Origin: an uncultured Sulfurospirillum sp.
GTDB taxonomy: Bacteria; Campylobacterota; Campylobacteria; Campylobacterales; QNZT01
Direction: 5' to 3'
Length of the DNA stretch: 64,000 nt
NCBI GenBank assembly: GCA_964573205.1
Contig: CAZNIT010000026.1
Coordinates: 1-64,000 of the forward strand
In this document: piece by piece, positions 37,370 to 47,673 of the stretch
Position numbering within the stretch: position 1 is the stretch's first letter
Layout: each line of letters opens with the position of its first letter
Program-made: the position numbers and the translations under genes
Notes under the pieces: model-generated
What the model saw: only the letters and a program-made list of their open reading frames with translations
The model's database searches: none
What the model was told of the DNA's origin: nothing

Positions 37370-38616
37370 TGCGTAAATTATCCCTTTTTAAAGATAAAAA
37401 AGAGATTCTATTTTTCGTTTTTTTTGCGATTTTTCTATTTTTGTTTCATATATTTGTTAGATATGAGAGTTACAAAGAGTTCAGTCGTAAAAAATTTTAT
37501 CATACCGGTGCGACGGTTCTTTCTCACTATCAAAAACAGAAAGCTTCGGGTGGAATATATCATGTATTAAAATTGAGATCCGATGACGGAGCTGTTTTTT
37601 ATACGACCAATCATGAAGATCTTATAGATCTATCGGGTCGTCGTATTTCCCTCTCCCTCATCACGCATAAGATCTCATTCTTCGACTATTTGAGACTTTT
37701 TTTCGTTCCCTCCTACGATATCAGAATAGACGAGAAACTCGATACTTTTAAAGAGGAGATTGCCGAAACGATAGCTTCGCAACACCAAAATCAAATGACA
37801 AAAGAGCTCTTTTTAGCGCTTTTTCTTGCCGAGCCGATATCAAAAGAGTTGAGATCCGAAGTAGCTAAACTAGGTATTTCCCATCTTATCGCCATTAGCG
37901 GTTTTCATTTGGGAGTTTTGTTCGCTTTAATCTATTTTATACTGAACTATCCATATTCGTTTTTGCAAGATCGTTATTTTCCATATAGAAACAAACGGAC
38001 GGATTTGACGATAACGATACTCGTAATTTTATTTTCGTATCTATATTTATTGGATTTCGTCCCCTCTCTTCTTCGATCGTTCGTTATGCTGTTTTACGGG
38101 TTCTTCCTATTCCACAGACATTTTAAAATAGTCTCTTTCGAGGTGTTGTTTATTACCGTATTGACCGTTTTGGCGATTTTTCCTACATTTTTATTCTCGA
38201 TCGGATTTTGGTTCTCCGTTAGCGGTGTTTTTTATATCTATCTGTTTTTACACCATTTTGGGCATTTTCGAAAGTGGTTAATAGTCGTTTTGTTAAACGT
38301 CTGGGTATATATGCTTATGATTCCGATAGTTCATCTATTTTTCGATACATTCAGTTTTCATCAACTCTATTCACCTCTTCTATCGATCGTTTTTTCTATC
38401 TTCTATCCGTTTGAGATATTTTTGCATTTAATAGGAGAGGGCGATCTTTTGGACGGATATATTTTGACGCTTTTAAATCAAAAAGCTCAAATTTATCACT
38501 TCAAAACTCCGTTATGGTATCTTTTACCGTATCTGATTCTTAGTGTATTCGCGATTTTTGAAAAAAGGGCTTTATGGCTGCTTTTACCTATGAGCGTAGG
38601 TGTTTATTTTATTTAA
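37369..38616 (+). CDS. comEC: ComEC/Rec2-family competence membrane protein (short form)
   Basis: 415 aa polytopic membrane protein. ISHLIAISGFHLGVL competence-domain motif. GTG start overlapping the dnaB stop. dnaB-comEC synteny as in Helicobacter. Confidence 0.7.
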   Translation: MRKLSLFKDKKEILFFVFFAIFLFLFHIFVRYESYKEFSRKKFYHTGATVLSHYQKQKASGGIYHVLKLRSDDGAVFYTTNHEDLIDLSGRRISLSLITHKISFFDYLRLFFVPSYDIRIDEKLDTFKEEIAETIASQHQNQMTKELFLALFLAEPISKELRSEVAKLGISHLIAISGFHLGVLFALIYFILNYPYSFLQDRYFPYRNKRTDLTITILVILFSYLYLLDFVPSLLRSFVMLFYGFFLFHRHFKIVSFEVLFITVLTVLAIFPTFLFSIGFWFSVSGVFYIYLFLHHFGHFRKWLIVVLLNVWVYMLMIPIVHLFFDTFSFHQLYSPLLSIVFSIFYPFEIFLHLIGEGDLLDGYILTLLNQKAQIYHFKTPLWYLLPYLILSVFAIFEKRALWLLLPMSVGVYFI

Positions 38617-38622
38617 TATATC

Positions 38623-38663
38623 AAAGACGCTGGATTTCGCGCCTTTACGATATATATTTTTAG
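38623..38663 (+). terminator. Candidate Rho-independent terminator after comEC
   Basis: Imperfect stem AAAGACGC / GCGCCTTT followed by ACGATATATATTTTTAG. Confidence 0.35.
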
Positions 38664-41600
38664 AGATAATTGTCCAATATTAGCTTCAAATAGACCTTAT
38701 CGGCACTATTGATCAAAACATCGTCGAAATTCTGTCTTGTATGGTCATCTACTATGGAATCGAATCCTCTAAAAAGAAGAACCGTCGTCTCGTCTCTTTT
38801 TTCTATACGGTTAAACAGATCGTCGAAATCAAGATCGGCTATTTCGTTATCGACCATAATCACCTTGTAGTTGTGTTTGATTATGGAGTCTAAAAACTCC
38901 GATGTCGAGTTTGCGATATCGACGCTATCGTAGAGTTGAGAGAGAATTTTTTCGAAAATTCTAGTCTCTACTTTACTCTTTTTATAAACTAGTATGTTGT
39001 GTCTTGGCTCTTGTTCTATTTTGCTCTTAGAAAGAGGTTGAGTCTCTTCGCTTTTTATCTCCTCCTCTTGGCTATCGGCAACCGAGCCGTCGGCGACTTT
39101 TTTGTCGCTTTTTAACGCGATCGAGTAGGATCTTAAGAGTTCCAAAATATCTTTTTGAGTAATCGGTTTGGGCAGATATTCGTCAAAGCCGTCATTTAGA
39201 AACTTCTCTCTGTCTCCTTTTAATGCGTTTGCCGTGAGTGCTACGATAGGTATATGATTTATAGAATTTTCCTCTTCATACGCCAGTATCTTTTTAGTAG
39301 CGCTCACACCGTCCATAACCGGCATTGCGATATCCATAAAAATTAGATCGAAATCTCCGCTTTTTCTTACTTCAAGAGCCTCTTTACCGTTTTCTACGGT
39401 TGTGACTTTAAGATCTTCGGAAGTGAGTATCTTCTTTATAAGTTTTTGATTTATCTCGTTATCTTCGGCGACGAGTATATGGTATTGATCTTTATGTTTT
39501 AATATTTTTTTCTTTACATCCGCGATTTTTGCTTCGGGAAAATCGGCTTTGGTTTCGATCTGTGTTAACAGTTTCGCCAGTTTCGTAAGATAGAGCGGTT
39601 CATGCAGTATAAAAATATTTTCGGATTTTAACTGTTGAGTCTTAAGACGCATAGGTGTTGGTACTATTATCAGTAGCGGCATATTGAGCGACTTGACTAT
39701 TTCGAACTCTTCGTCGCTTAAATAGTTTTTCTCGCAAACGATCAAGTTGATATCTTTTAGAGTCTCCTCTTGCGTCAAATCGTTATATGTAGCTAATTTC
39801 ACTACCGAGCCGAGATATTCAAGCTGTTTTATAAGCGTATGAGTCAACGGTTCGTTTTTATCTTTCGCCAAAATTAAAGGTTGAAAATGTTTGTATCTGT
39901 TTTTAAACGTGCTTCTAAGCGGCTTCTCTTTATTGAACTCAAGTGTGAAGTAAAATTTGCTTCCTTTTCCTTTTTCACTCTCCACCTTGAGCTCTCCGTC
40001 CATAAGTTTTACATAGTTGGAGGATATGGTAAGACCAAGACCGGTACCGCCGTATTTACGAGTGATTGTGGAATCCGCTTGAGAAAATGCGTCGAAAATA
40101 TCTTGCATCTCCTCTTCGCTCATTCCGATACCGGTATCGGATACTTCGAAATAGATTCTCTCTTTATCGTCTCTGTGAGATTGCAGTTTTTTGATCGTTA
40201 AAGCGATATGCCCTTGTTCGGGTGTGAACTTCATAGCGTTTGAGATTAAGTTTAAAAGAACTTCTTTGATTTTTGTTACGTCACCCAAAAGATAGTTGTT
40301 GAAATCCGTATCCATATATATGGAGAGATTTATATCTTTGCTCTCGGCTTTAGGCATATAGACGTCAATCGTATTTTCGAACTCTTCAATAGGTGAAAAT
40401 ACGATATCCTCTATCTCGATTTTTTGACTCTCGATCTTTGAGAGATCGAGAATATTGTTTATGATCTCAAGTAGATTGTTGGTACTTTTATGGATGATAT
40501 CTACGTATTCGCTCTCTTCAGGTCCGAGATTACTGTTTTTTAAAAGATCGGTGAAACCGATAATACCGTTTATGGGTGTTCTTATTTCATGAGACATATT
40601 CGCAAGAAAAATACTTTTTGCTGCGTTAGCTTTTTCCGCTTTTCGTTTTTCGACCGAAATTTTATCAACGGTTTTCTCGACGACTTTATATGTTCGCTCA
40701 ATCCCTTCAGTGGTACTTAGATTTACGGTATCCTCTATTAGAGCGTACTCTATCGTTTTATCGAGTAGTTTTTCCAGTCCGCTCGTATTTGTCAAAAAGG
40801 GAACCAGTTTTTTAGATATAAATATCATATAAAGTGTTGATAAAAGTACCAAAGATAGAAGAATAAATTTTAAAAGTTCGTAATTTTTGTAATTTTTCGT
40901 ATGTTCGAGTATCTTTTTAAAAAGCGTTTCGGTAGCCTGGTTTAAAGAGACTATTTTACTTGTTTCGGTGCCGAACCAATCAAGCGGCTTCGTATCGATC
41001 GAATCTCCTTTTAAAAGCGCTCTTTTGATGGCGTCGCTCTTTTTTACGGAGACCAGAAACGAAGGATCGTCCAAAAAGGACGATATCTCTTTTCTTATCG
41101 CCGGCTCAAGCGACGTAAAAGCGGGAGTGATAGTACTGTTTTTAAAAAGATTCATAAGATAGAGCTTGTCCGTTTTTATATCTTCGGCTAAAAGATTTCC
41201 CACTACGTCTCTTTCGTCTGCGATTGATTTCATCACTTTTACGGCGTTTATATAATTACTGCTTAAGTTTGCTAGTTTATAATCTCCCGAGGCTATGAGC
41301 GTGGTTTCGCTTTTTTGTATTATTAGAGTTAAGAGATCGTTGAAATAGTTAAACATCGGTTCGAACGAACTATCGTTTTGATCGACTTTCTTGCGTATTT
41401 GGTTTATCTTCTTTATCTGAGATATAAGATTGTACGCGATCTCGTCGCCTCGATTGTCGGTATTGAAGTTTATCACACCGTTTACGGCACTGTTTGTCGC
41501 CAATCTCTGCTGATGAAGGAGTCGCTTTATCTTTTCGCTCTCTTTATCGGATATATATATAGTCGTAAGTCCTCGCTCCGTGGAGAGATTCATAAAAAGT

Positions 41601-41752
41601 GATTTCAGCGCTTTGGCTTGAAGGGCTTTTGTCTCGAGTTTTTGGTAGTCGGTATAACTTTTGTAAGCGTCATACATAAAATATCCACTAACTAGTGCCA
41701 ATAAAATTATCGGCACTATAGTGATAAACCGTAAATTGCGTTTTATATTCAT
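38660..41752 (-). CDS. Hybrid sensor histidine kinase/response regulator with large periplasmic sensor domain
   Basis: 1030 aa. TM1 near the N-terminus and TM2 around aa 290, flanking a periplasmic region of about 260 aa. HisKA H-box [13 protein letters not shown]. HATPase_c ([10 protein letters not shown]). Receiver domain ([11 protein letters not shown]...[14 protein letters not shown]). Extra C-terminal domain. Confidence 0.85.
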   Translation of the reverse strand: MNIKRNLRFITIVPIILLALVSGYFMYDAYKSYTDYQKLETKALQAKALKSLFMNLSTERGLTTIYISDKESEKIKRLLHQQRLATNSAVNGVINFNTDNRGDEIAYNLISQIKKINQIRKKVDQNDSSFEPMFNYFNDLLTLIIQKSETTLIASGDYKLANLSSNYINAVKVMKSIADERDVVGNLLAEDIKTDKLYLMNLFKNSTITPAFTSLEPAIRKEISSFLDDPSFLVSVKKSDAIKRALLKGDSIDTKPLDWFGTETSKIVSLNQATETLFKKILEHTKNYKNYELLKFILLSLVLLSTLYMIFISKKLVPFLTNTSGLEKLLDKTIEYALIEDTVNLSTTEGIERTYKVVEKTVDKISVEKRKAEKANAAKSIFLANMSHEIRTPINGIIGFTDLLKNSNLGPEESEYVDIIHKSTNNLLEIINNILDLSKIESQKIEIEDIVFSPIEEFENTIDVYMPKAESKDINLSIYMDTDFNNYLLGDVTKIKEVLLNLISNAMKFTPEQGHIALTIKKLQSHRDDKERIYFEVSDTGIGMSEEEMQDIFDAFSQADSTITRKYGGTGLGLTISSNYVKLMDGELKVESEKGKGSKFYFTLEFNKEKPLRSTFKNRYKHFQPLILAKDKNEPLTHTLIKQLEYLGSVVKLATYNDLTQEETLKDINLIVCEKNYLSDEEFEIVKSLNMPLLIIVPTPMRLKTQQLKSENIFILHEPLYLTKLAKLLTQIETKADFPEAKIADVKKKILKHKDQYHILVAEDNEINQKLIKKILTSEDLKVTTVENGKEALEVRKSGDFDLIFMDIAMPVMDGVSATKKILAYEEENSINHIPIVALTANALKGDREKFLNDGFDEYLPKPITQKDILELLRSYSIALKSDKKVADGSVADSQEEEIKSEETQPLSKSKIEQEPRHNILVYKKSKVETRIFEKILSQLYDSVDIANSTSEFLDSIIKHNYKVIMVDNEIADLDFDDLFNRIEKRDETTVLLFRGFDSIVDDHTRQNFDDVLINSADKVYLKLILDNYL

Positions 41753-41774
41753 TACTCTTTATACTCCAAAGGTT

Positions 41775-43913
41775 TTATACGGCGATCGCGGCAAAATGTT
41801 CCCTATATATTGTCGTATCTTCTTTCAACTCTTTTAGTTTTTCTATAATCGCCGCTTTCTCTTTCATATCACAAGAATCGGTGAGTGATTTTACGACATC
41901 GATCATCGCATCAAAACCGAGAATTTCCGCCGAACTTTTTATTTTGATGAGACTATATTTTATATTATCGAAATCATCGATCTTTATATACTCCTCTATC
42001 AAACTTATAGTCGATACGGTATCGTTTAGAAACTCGTCTATAAAATCAAGTTCCTCCTCTTTACTAAGACCAAGCGAACCCAAAGGCGGTAGGGAAACTT
42101 TCGTCTTCATTTTAGGCGATGATTTTATATCGTCATCGGATTTTATAGGTTCTTTATTTATAGATTGCTGATTTTGCGCTATTTTGTCATCATTATTTTC
42201 ATCGGAGCCCAGTAGGGTGAATGTCAGATGATTGTCGCCGCTTTTGTCAGTATTCGGAGTATTTTTAGTATCTTCATTTTTTGAAGAAGATGTGAAAATA
42301 TCTTTTAAAGTCTCTTCGAAGGAGCTATCTTGGTAAGAGTTTTTTGAAATGTTACTGTTCGTCTCCAGCGTTTTAAACTCATCTTTTTCATCATCGTCAC
42401 TTTTTTTATCGTTTTTTAAAAAATCAAGAACGCCGTCTTGCTCGTTTGAATTTTGATCCTCTTTTTCACTCTTTGGCTTTTCAACCTTAAGATCCTCTTC
42501 ACTAAAACTAAAATCGTTTTTCTCAGGCCGCTCTTGGATTAAATCTTCGTCTTTCGACACTTTCTCTTTATCGCTATTTTCGTCCGTGCTATGAGATCTC
42601 AATAACTCTTTCAACTCCAATGTCGCGGCCTCTTTTTCTTGAGGTTTCGGTTTTATCTCCTCGTCGATCTCTTTTATATCGGATTTTATCCGAGATATCA
42701 ACGACTCTTTGGTACCGTCGTCGGTAGCGTCTTGGACTAAATCTTCGGGTTCTTTTTGTTCGGATGTCTCGTTTTTTTGAATCTCAAACAGTTCTAACGA
42801 AAAAGAACTTTTTTGTGATTTCTCTTCTTCAGGCGATTGTTGATTTGAGATATTAAGAATATTCGTTCGATTATCTTCTTCTTGTTCGTTTAAAAAGCCC
42901 GCTTTAATATTTTCGGCTTCTTTTTCCTCTTGTAGATTGATTGTGTCGTCGCTCTCTTTTTGTTCATTATTTTGCTCTTTTTCAAAAAGATCGAAGTTCA
43001 ACTCGAACGCTTCGGGCTCTTTATTCGAAGTCTCGTTTTGTTCGTTTGTTCGTATCTCTTGCGAGAGATCCTCATTTTCGTCTTGAGATTTGGGAGTCTG
43101 TTCATCCGACGTAGAGAGAAGAAAACCGTTTTTAAAATTCTCAAAGAGTTCGTTCTCTTGTTCTTTTTGATTCTCATTCTCCTCTATCTCAAGCGACAAG
43201 ACGGTATTTTCGGAATCAAGTTCGCTCTTTTGAGCGTTTTGGACGACATCTTTCGTCTCGTCGAGAGTTTTTGAGGTTTCGTCAAACGATCCTAATATGA
43301 AACCCGAGTGTTCAGGCATGTTTATCTGCGGTTCCTCTTTTTTGGCTTCTTGGGTGAACTCTTTTTCAATGTTCAAAAGAGGCTGTGGCAATATCGTTGA
43401 CTCTTTAGCGGAGTCGCCGGAATCGTCCGTTTGTCCATTCTCTTTTGGCGTATTGAAATTTTTGGTAAGATTTTGAAGACTGAAGTGGCTGTTTTGGTGG
43501 GATCTTTGATCATGAACGTCCGTTCTTGAAATCGCCGTAAAATTTTCATTTATCAACTTAACGCTATAAATTTTCTCCAAACCGTCATAAGTTTTATTTA
43601 AAAACACCTCTTTAATCGTAATCTCCACACTAAGCTCGCCACCGTTTTTTTTGTCGATAAGAGCTTTTTTATTCGCCGCTCCGCTGTATAGTATGTAGTG
43701 TATCCAAGAGAAGTTTTCAAATTTGTGTATATATCCCTCTCTCTTTATAAAAAGATCGGCAAAGTCATTATGCATCGAGCAAAATTCGTCAAGATCCTCA
43801 TATCCTAAAAATGTCAGCGTCTCAGCGCTCATGCCTATGAATTTAAAGTTTTGGTCATATAATATCACTGCTTTATCCTTGTCTTGGTGAAATATTTTTG
43901 ATATTTTGAGCAA
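41775..43913 (-). CDS. PAS-like N-terminal domain / ~400-aa acidic low-complexity linker / C-terminal Hpt phosphotransfer domain protein
   Basis: 712 aa. The C-terminus (...IKIKSSAEILGFDAMIDVVKSLTDS...) is Hpt-like. The middle is extremely rich in E/D/K/N/S. Annotated start overlaps uvrC by 41 nt. An internal Met (MSAETL, about nt 43835) would remove the overlap. Confidence 0.55.
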   Translation of the reverse strand: MLKISKIFHQDKDKAVILYDQNFKFIGMSAETLTFLGYEDLDEFCSMHNDFADLFIKREGYIHKFENFSWIHYILYSGAANKKALIDKKNGGELSVEITIKEVFLNKTYDGLEKIYSVKLINENFTAISRTDVHDQRSHQNSHFSLQNLTKNFNTPKENGQTDDSGDSAKESTILPQPLLNIEKEFTQEAKKEEPQINMPEHSGFILGSFDETSKTLDETKDVVQNAQKSELDSENTVLSLEIEENENQKEQENELFENFKNGFLLSTSDEQTPKSQDENEDLSQEIRTNEQNETSNKEPEAFELNFDLFEKEQNNEQKESDDTINLQEEKEAENIKAGFLNEQEEDNRTNILNISNQQSPEEEKSQKSSFSLELFEIQKNETSEQKEPEDLVQDATDDGTKESLISRIKSDIKEIDEEIKPKPQEKEAATLELKELLRSHSTDENSDKEKVSKDEDLIQERPEKNDFSFSEEDLKVEKPKSEKEDQNSNEQDGVLDFLKNDKKSDDDEKDEFKTLETNSNISKNSYQDSSFEETLKDIFTSSSKNEDTKNTPNTDKSGDNHLTFTLLGSDENNDDKIAQNQQSINKEPIKSDDDIKSSPKMKTKVSLPPLGSLGLSKEEELDFIDEFLNDTVSTISLIEEYIKIDDFDNIKYSLIKIKSSAEILGFDAMIDVVKSLTDSCDMKEKAAIIEKLKELKEDTTIYREHFAAIAV

Positions 43914-45681
43914 TATTCATTCCAACCACCATAGCCAGTTCATCTGTGGTGGCGTTTTGAATATTTTCAAATGTTTCAAAATATTGCAAGAGTTTTTTTA
44001 CAGTCGCTTCTCCCACCCCTTTTTTACGAAGGAGTGAAATTTCCCGATCGGATTTTCGCTTCTGTTTTTGATGAAAGGAGATGGCAAAACGATGCGCCTC
44101 GTCTCTTAAACGTTGTAGAAATTGTAACCGTTTATCCGAAGTCGAGAGTTTCAAGATCCCATCCTTCGTATAGACTATATCTTTTGCTCCACCTTTTGCG
44201 CGCATCGCTTTAGCGTCTCTTTTCTCTTTTGCAATTGCTACAATATCGACATAAACTCCGCTTTTTTTAACTATTCGTTCGGCGAGTTTTCTAAGAGTTT
44301 CACCACCATCAATCAACATCAAATCCGGCGGCGGATTCTTATGAAAACTATCGACTCTTCTTTGTATGAGTTCTTTCATTTGAGCATATTCGTTTTTTGC
44401 GTCAAGATTGTAATGACGGTAGTCGCTTTTTACGAACGATTCGTCATATTTTATTACGGCCGCGACGTTTGCGGTACCTTGCATATGTGAATTGTCGTAA
44501 GCTTCGATCACAAATGGAACGTTTTGAAGATTTAAAAGCTCTTTCAGCTCTTCATAAATATTTTTCGAATTTTTTTGCAACTGTAGTCGAAGAATCTCTT
44601 TAGCGTTTTCAAAAGCTAAATTCACAAGCCGTCTCTTCTCCCCGATCTTCGGTATTTTGATATGACATGAGTTGTCGAATTTTTTTCTTAACATCTCTTG
44701 GAAAATGTCTATTTCCGAGAAATCTTCAAATAACAATATCTCTTTTATCTTGTATGGCAGATCCTTTTGATAGTAGTTTAAAAGAACTCTTTTATACAGT
44801 TCGTCTTTATCGAATCCTGTGGAGGATTTGAAGATCGTATGAGTTGAAGAGGTGACTTTTCCCTCTCTTATGAAAATTGTAACCGCACAAGCATATGTTT
44901 GTGTCGATTTGATCGCGAATATGTCGTAATCTTCCAGTTTCGCGATATCGATGTCGGAAAGTCTTCGTACGGAATCGATCTTTTTTATGGTGTCTCTAAT
45001 TCTGGCGGCCTCTTCGAAGAGAAGATTTTCACTATAGTTTTGCATCTTTTTTTCCAATTTTCCGGAAAGAAGTTTGGGATTTTGTAGCAGATTTATAGCT
45101 TCTTTTAAAATTTTTGCGTAATCTTCTTTCGAGATTTTACCCTCACAGGGTGCGCGACACTTTTTTATCTGATAAAAAAGACAGGCTTTTTTACCTTTTA
45201 AACAAGAACTCTTTTGTACCAGATCGCAGGTTTCGTAAACGGCATTTAAAATATCGCCGGCGCTTTGGGAAAAGGGGCCAAAATAACGTATTTTTTTACC
45301 TTTTATGACTTTTCGCGTTATCTCGAGTCTTGGAAAATCCTCATTTAAATCGACATATATGTAAGGGTATGTTTTATCGTCTCTTAGTAGTATGTTGTAT
45401 TTGGGTTTGAGTTGCTTTATCAGGGAGTTTTCAAGAATCAAAGCATCATGTTCGTTAGAGACGACGATATACTCCAACTTGACCGTTTCGCTTATCATTT
45501 TATAAATTCTGGCTCCCAAGTTCGAAGCGGGTGAAAGCGTCTCTTTTATTTTGAAATAACTTTTCACTCTTTTTTTGAGGCTTTTAGCCTTTCCGATATA
45601 AAGAAGTCTGTTGTTCTCATCGAAGTACTGATAGATGCCCGGGGTATCGGGAAGTGATAATATCTTATCCCTTAGATGCAT
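43873..45681 (-). CDS. uvrC: Excinuclease ABC subunit C UvrC
   Basis: 602 aa. N-terminal GIY-YIG (PGIYQYFDENNRLLYIGKAKSLKKR). C-terminal HhH. Confidence 0.9.
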   Translation of the reverse strand: MHLRDKILSLPDTPGIYQYFDENNRLLYIGKAKSLKKRVKSYFKIKETLSPASNLGARIYKMISETVKLEYIVVSNEHDALILENSLIKQLKPKYNILLRDDKTYPYIYVDLNEDFPRLEITRKVIKGKKIRYFGPFSQSAGDILNAVYETCDLVQKSSCLKGKKACLFYQIKKCRAPCEGKISKEDYAKILKEAINLLQNPKLLSGKLEKKMQNYSENLLFEEAARIRDTIKKIDSVRRLSDIDIAKLEDYDIFAIKSTQTYACAVTIFIREGKVTSSTHTIFKSSTGFDKDELYKRVLLNYYQKDLPYKIKEILLFEDFSEIDIFQEMLRKKFDNSCHIKIPKIGEKRRLVNLAFENAKEILRLQLQKNSKNIYEELKELLNLQNVPFVIEAYDNSHMQGTANVAAVIKYDESFVKSDYRHYNLDAKNEYAQMKELIQRRVDSFHKNPPPDLMLIDGGETLRKLAERIVKKSGVYVDIVAIAKEKRDAKAMRAKGGAKDIVYTKDGILKLSTSDKRLQFLQRLRDEAHRFAISFHQKQKRKSDREISLLRKKGVGEATVKKLLQYFETFENIQNATTDELAMVVGMNIAQNIKNISPRQG

Positions 45682-46117
45682 TTTTTTTGATCTCTTCTTT
45701 AATATCCTGAAAGATTTTTTTTAATTTTTCGTCCGTAGCGAAATTGTAGAACCTGCCGCTTGCTTGTTCTTTATAGCGGAATTTGGGATTTTTCTCTTTT
45801 GGCGGATTGAAATCTATCTTGTTTGTTACAAAAGCCTTAACCGATGTTATGTTAATATCTTTGCAATTTTCATCAAGATGTTTAATTTTTTTTAATAAAC
45901 TCTTTATTAGATTAATCTTATAATTAAATTCCATTTTAAGCCCTGGGTGGTTTAAAACGAAAAAAAGTGTTTCGTTTTTGACATAAGTGAACATCACGGC
46001 GTCGGCAAGAGTCGGAGGTAAAAGAGATACCACTTTTTGAAAACATTTTTTTTGGGCAATTTTTTGAAACCGAGGTTTACCTGTTAAATGCGTAATTATA
46101 TTTTTAGAACTTTTCAT
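45665..46117 (-). CDS. Hypothetical protein (possibly DUF721/DciA-like)
   Basis: 150 aa basic protein. Overlaps the uvrC start by 17 nt. Confidence 0.45.
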   Translation of the reverse strand: MKSSKNIITHLTGKPRFQKIAQKKCFQKVVSLLPPTLADAVMFTYVKNETLFFVLNHPGLKMEFNYKINLIKSLLKKIKHLDENCKDINITSVKAFVTNKIDFNPPKEKNPKFRYKEQASGRFYNFATDEKLKKIFQDIKEEIKKNASKG

Positions 46118-46206
46118 GTTCTTATTATAACATTTGTATTGCTTTTTTTTACTGCATGCGGATACAAAACGGATCCCGTATATATACCCGAAAAAAGCGG
46201 TAAAAT

Positions 46207-47673
46207 ATGAGTAAACGAAAAAATACTTTCGACGCTATCATTATCGGTACCGGCATAGCCGGATTAAACGCGGCCGCATCATTCGGCAAAGATAAAAACG
46301 TTCTTCTTATCTGTAAACAAAACTCATGGGATTGCAACACTTTCTATGCACAAGGCGGAGTTGCCGTAGCCGTTGACGAGGACGATATATCGCTTCATAT
46401 CAAAGATACGATTGAAGCCGGTGCCGGTCTTTGTGACGAAAAGGCGGTCGAGATTATGTGCCGTGACGGAAGAGTCGCCATATCCGATCTGATATCAAGA
46501 GGTTTTAGATTCGATACGGACGAAAAGGGCAATCTTTTATACACGAAAGAGGCGGCACATTCGAAAAATCGTATTCTTCATGCCGGAGGCGATGCGACCG
46601 GAAGGTATATTCACCACTTCTTAATGCGTGAAAATCCTCATAAACTATTGTACAATTCGATCGTAACGGATATTTTCATAGAAGACGGATTTTGTCATGG
46701 AGTTCGCGTTTTTCATAAAGAAGAGTTTAGAAACTACTACGCAAAAAGTGTTATTATAGCTAGCGGCGGAGTCGGATCGATTTACGAATATCATACGAAT
46801 GCAAGCTCGATAAGTGCTGATATGCAGGGACTTTGCATCGAAAAAGGACTCGATCTTCGCGATATGGAGATGATGCAGTTTCATCCGACGGTATTTATTC
46901 ATAACAGAGGCGCTAGAAAGCAACTTTTAACCGAAGCCTTAAGGGGTGAGGGCGCTCATATAGTTGATGAAAACGGCAAGCGTTTTTTGTTCGAATACGA
47001 TAAAAGAGGAGAACTAAGTCCTCGAAGTATGGTAAGTCACGCTATCAATGATTGGAAAAGCAAAACTTCACTTGAAGTCTATTTGAGTTTTAAAATGTTC
47101 GATGAAGAGTTTTTTAAAAACCGTTTTCCAACTATCTATTTTAATCTTAGAGATCTAGGATTTAATCTTCCATATGACGATGTACCCATCTCTCCCGCGT
47201 TTCACTATGCGATGGGCGGAATACAAACCGATATCAACGGCAAAGTTCCGGGCGTCGAAAACCTCTATGCCGTGGGTGAAGCGGCTTCTACGAGAGTTCA
47301 CGGGGCAAACAGGCTTGCAAGCAATTCGTTACTCGAGGGGCTTGTGTTTTCAAGAAGAGCCGTAAACGATATTTTGAAAAAAGATCTCTATTTTCGTATA
47401 AAAGAGTTTTCCAGCGAGGAAGAGGTTTTAAAAAAAGAGATCGATAAAGAGCTTAAAAACGAACTTAGACACCTTATGTGGGAAGCTGCCGGAATTACCA
47501 GAGAGAGAAAAAAACTTCAAAACGCGCTTGAGAAAATCGAGAGTATGTTGAAAAAAGATATAGGTAAACTTTTAAGACTCAGACTCAATACTTCAAGAAA
47601 TATCGTAAAAAGTGCGATATACAGAGAAGAGTCGCTCGGTGCGCACTACATTATTAAAAAAGGAGATACATGA
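46207..47673 (+). CDS. nadB: L-aspartate oxidase NadB
   Basis: 488 aa. N-terminal FAD-binding DAIIIGTGIAGLNAA. Succinate dehydrogenase/fumarate reductase flavoprotein-like; length fits NadB. Confidence 0.8.
   Translation: MSKRKNTFDAIIIGTGIAGLNAAASFGKDKNVLLICKQNSWDCNTFYAQGGVAVAVDEDDISLHIKDTIEAGAGLCDEKAVEIMCRDGRVAISDLISRGFRFDTDEKGNLLYTKEAAHSKNRILHAGGDATGRYIHHFLMRENPHKLLYNSIVTDIFIEDGFCHGVRVFHKEEFRNYYAKSVIIASGGVGSIYEYHTNASSISADMQGLCIEKGLDLRDMEMMQFHPTVFIHNRGARKQLLTEALRGEGAHIVDENGKRFLFEYDKRGELSPRSMVSHAINDWKSKTSLEVYLSFKMFDEEFFKNRFPTIYFNLRDLGFNLPYDDVPISPAFHYAMGGIQTDINGKVPGVENLYAVGEAASTRVHGANRLASNSLLEGLVFSRRAVNDILKKDLYFRIKEFSSEEEVLKKEIDKELKNELRHLMWEAAGITRERKKLQNALEKIESMLKKDIGKLLRLRLNTSRNIVKSAIYREESLGAHYIIKKGDT

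Noticed and set aside
41775..43913. Possible CRISPR-like or tandem DNA repeat underlying the long acidic low-complexity protein segment.
   Set aside because: No regular repeat-spacer periodicity or exact tandem units are visible at the nucleotide level. It is compositional bias (GAA/GAT/AAA codons) within an intact ORF.
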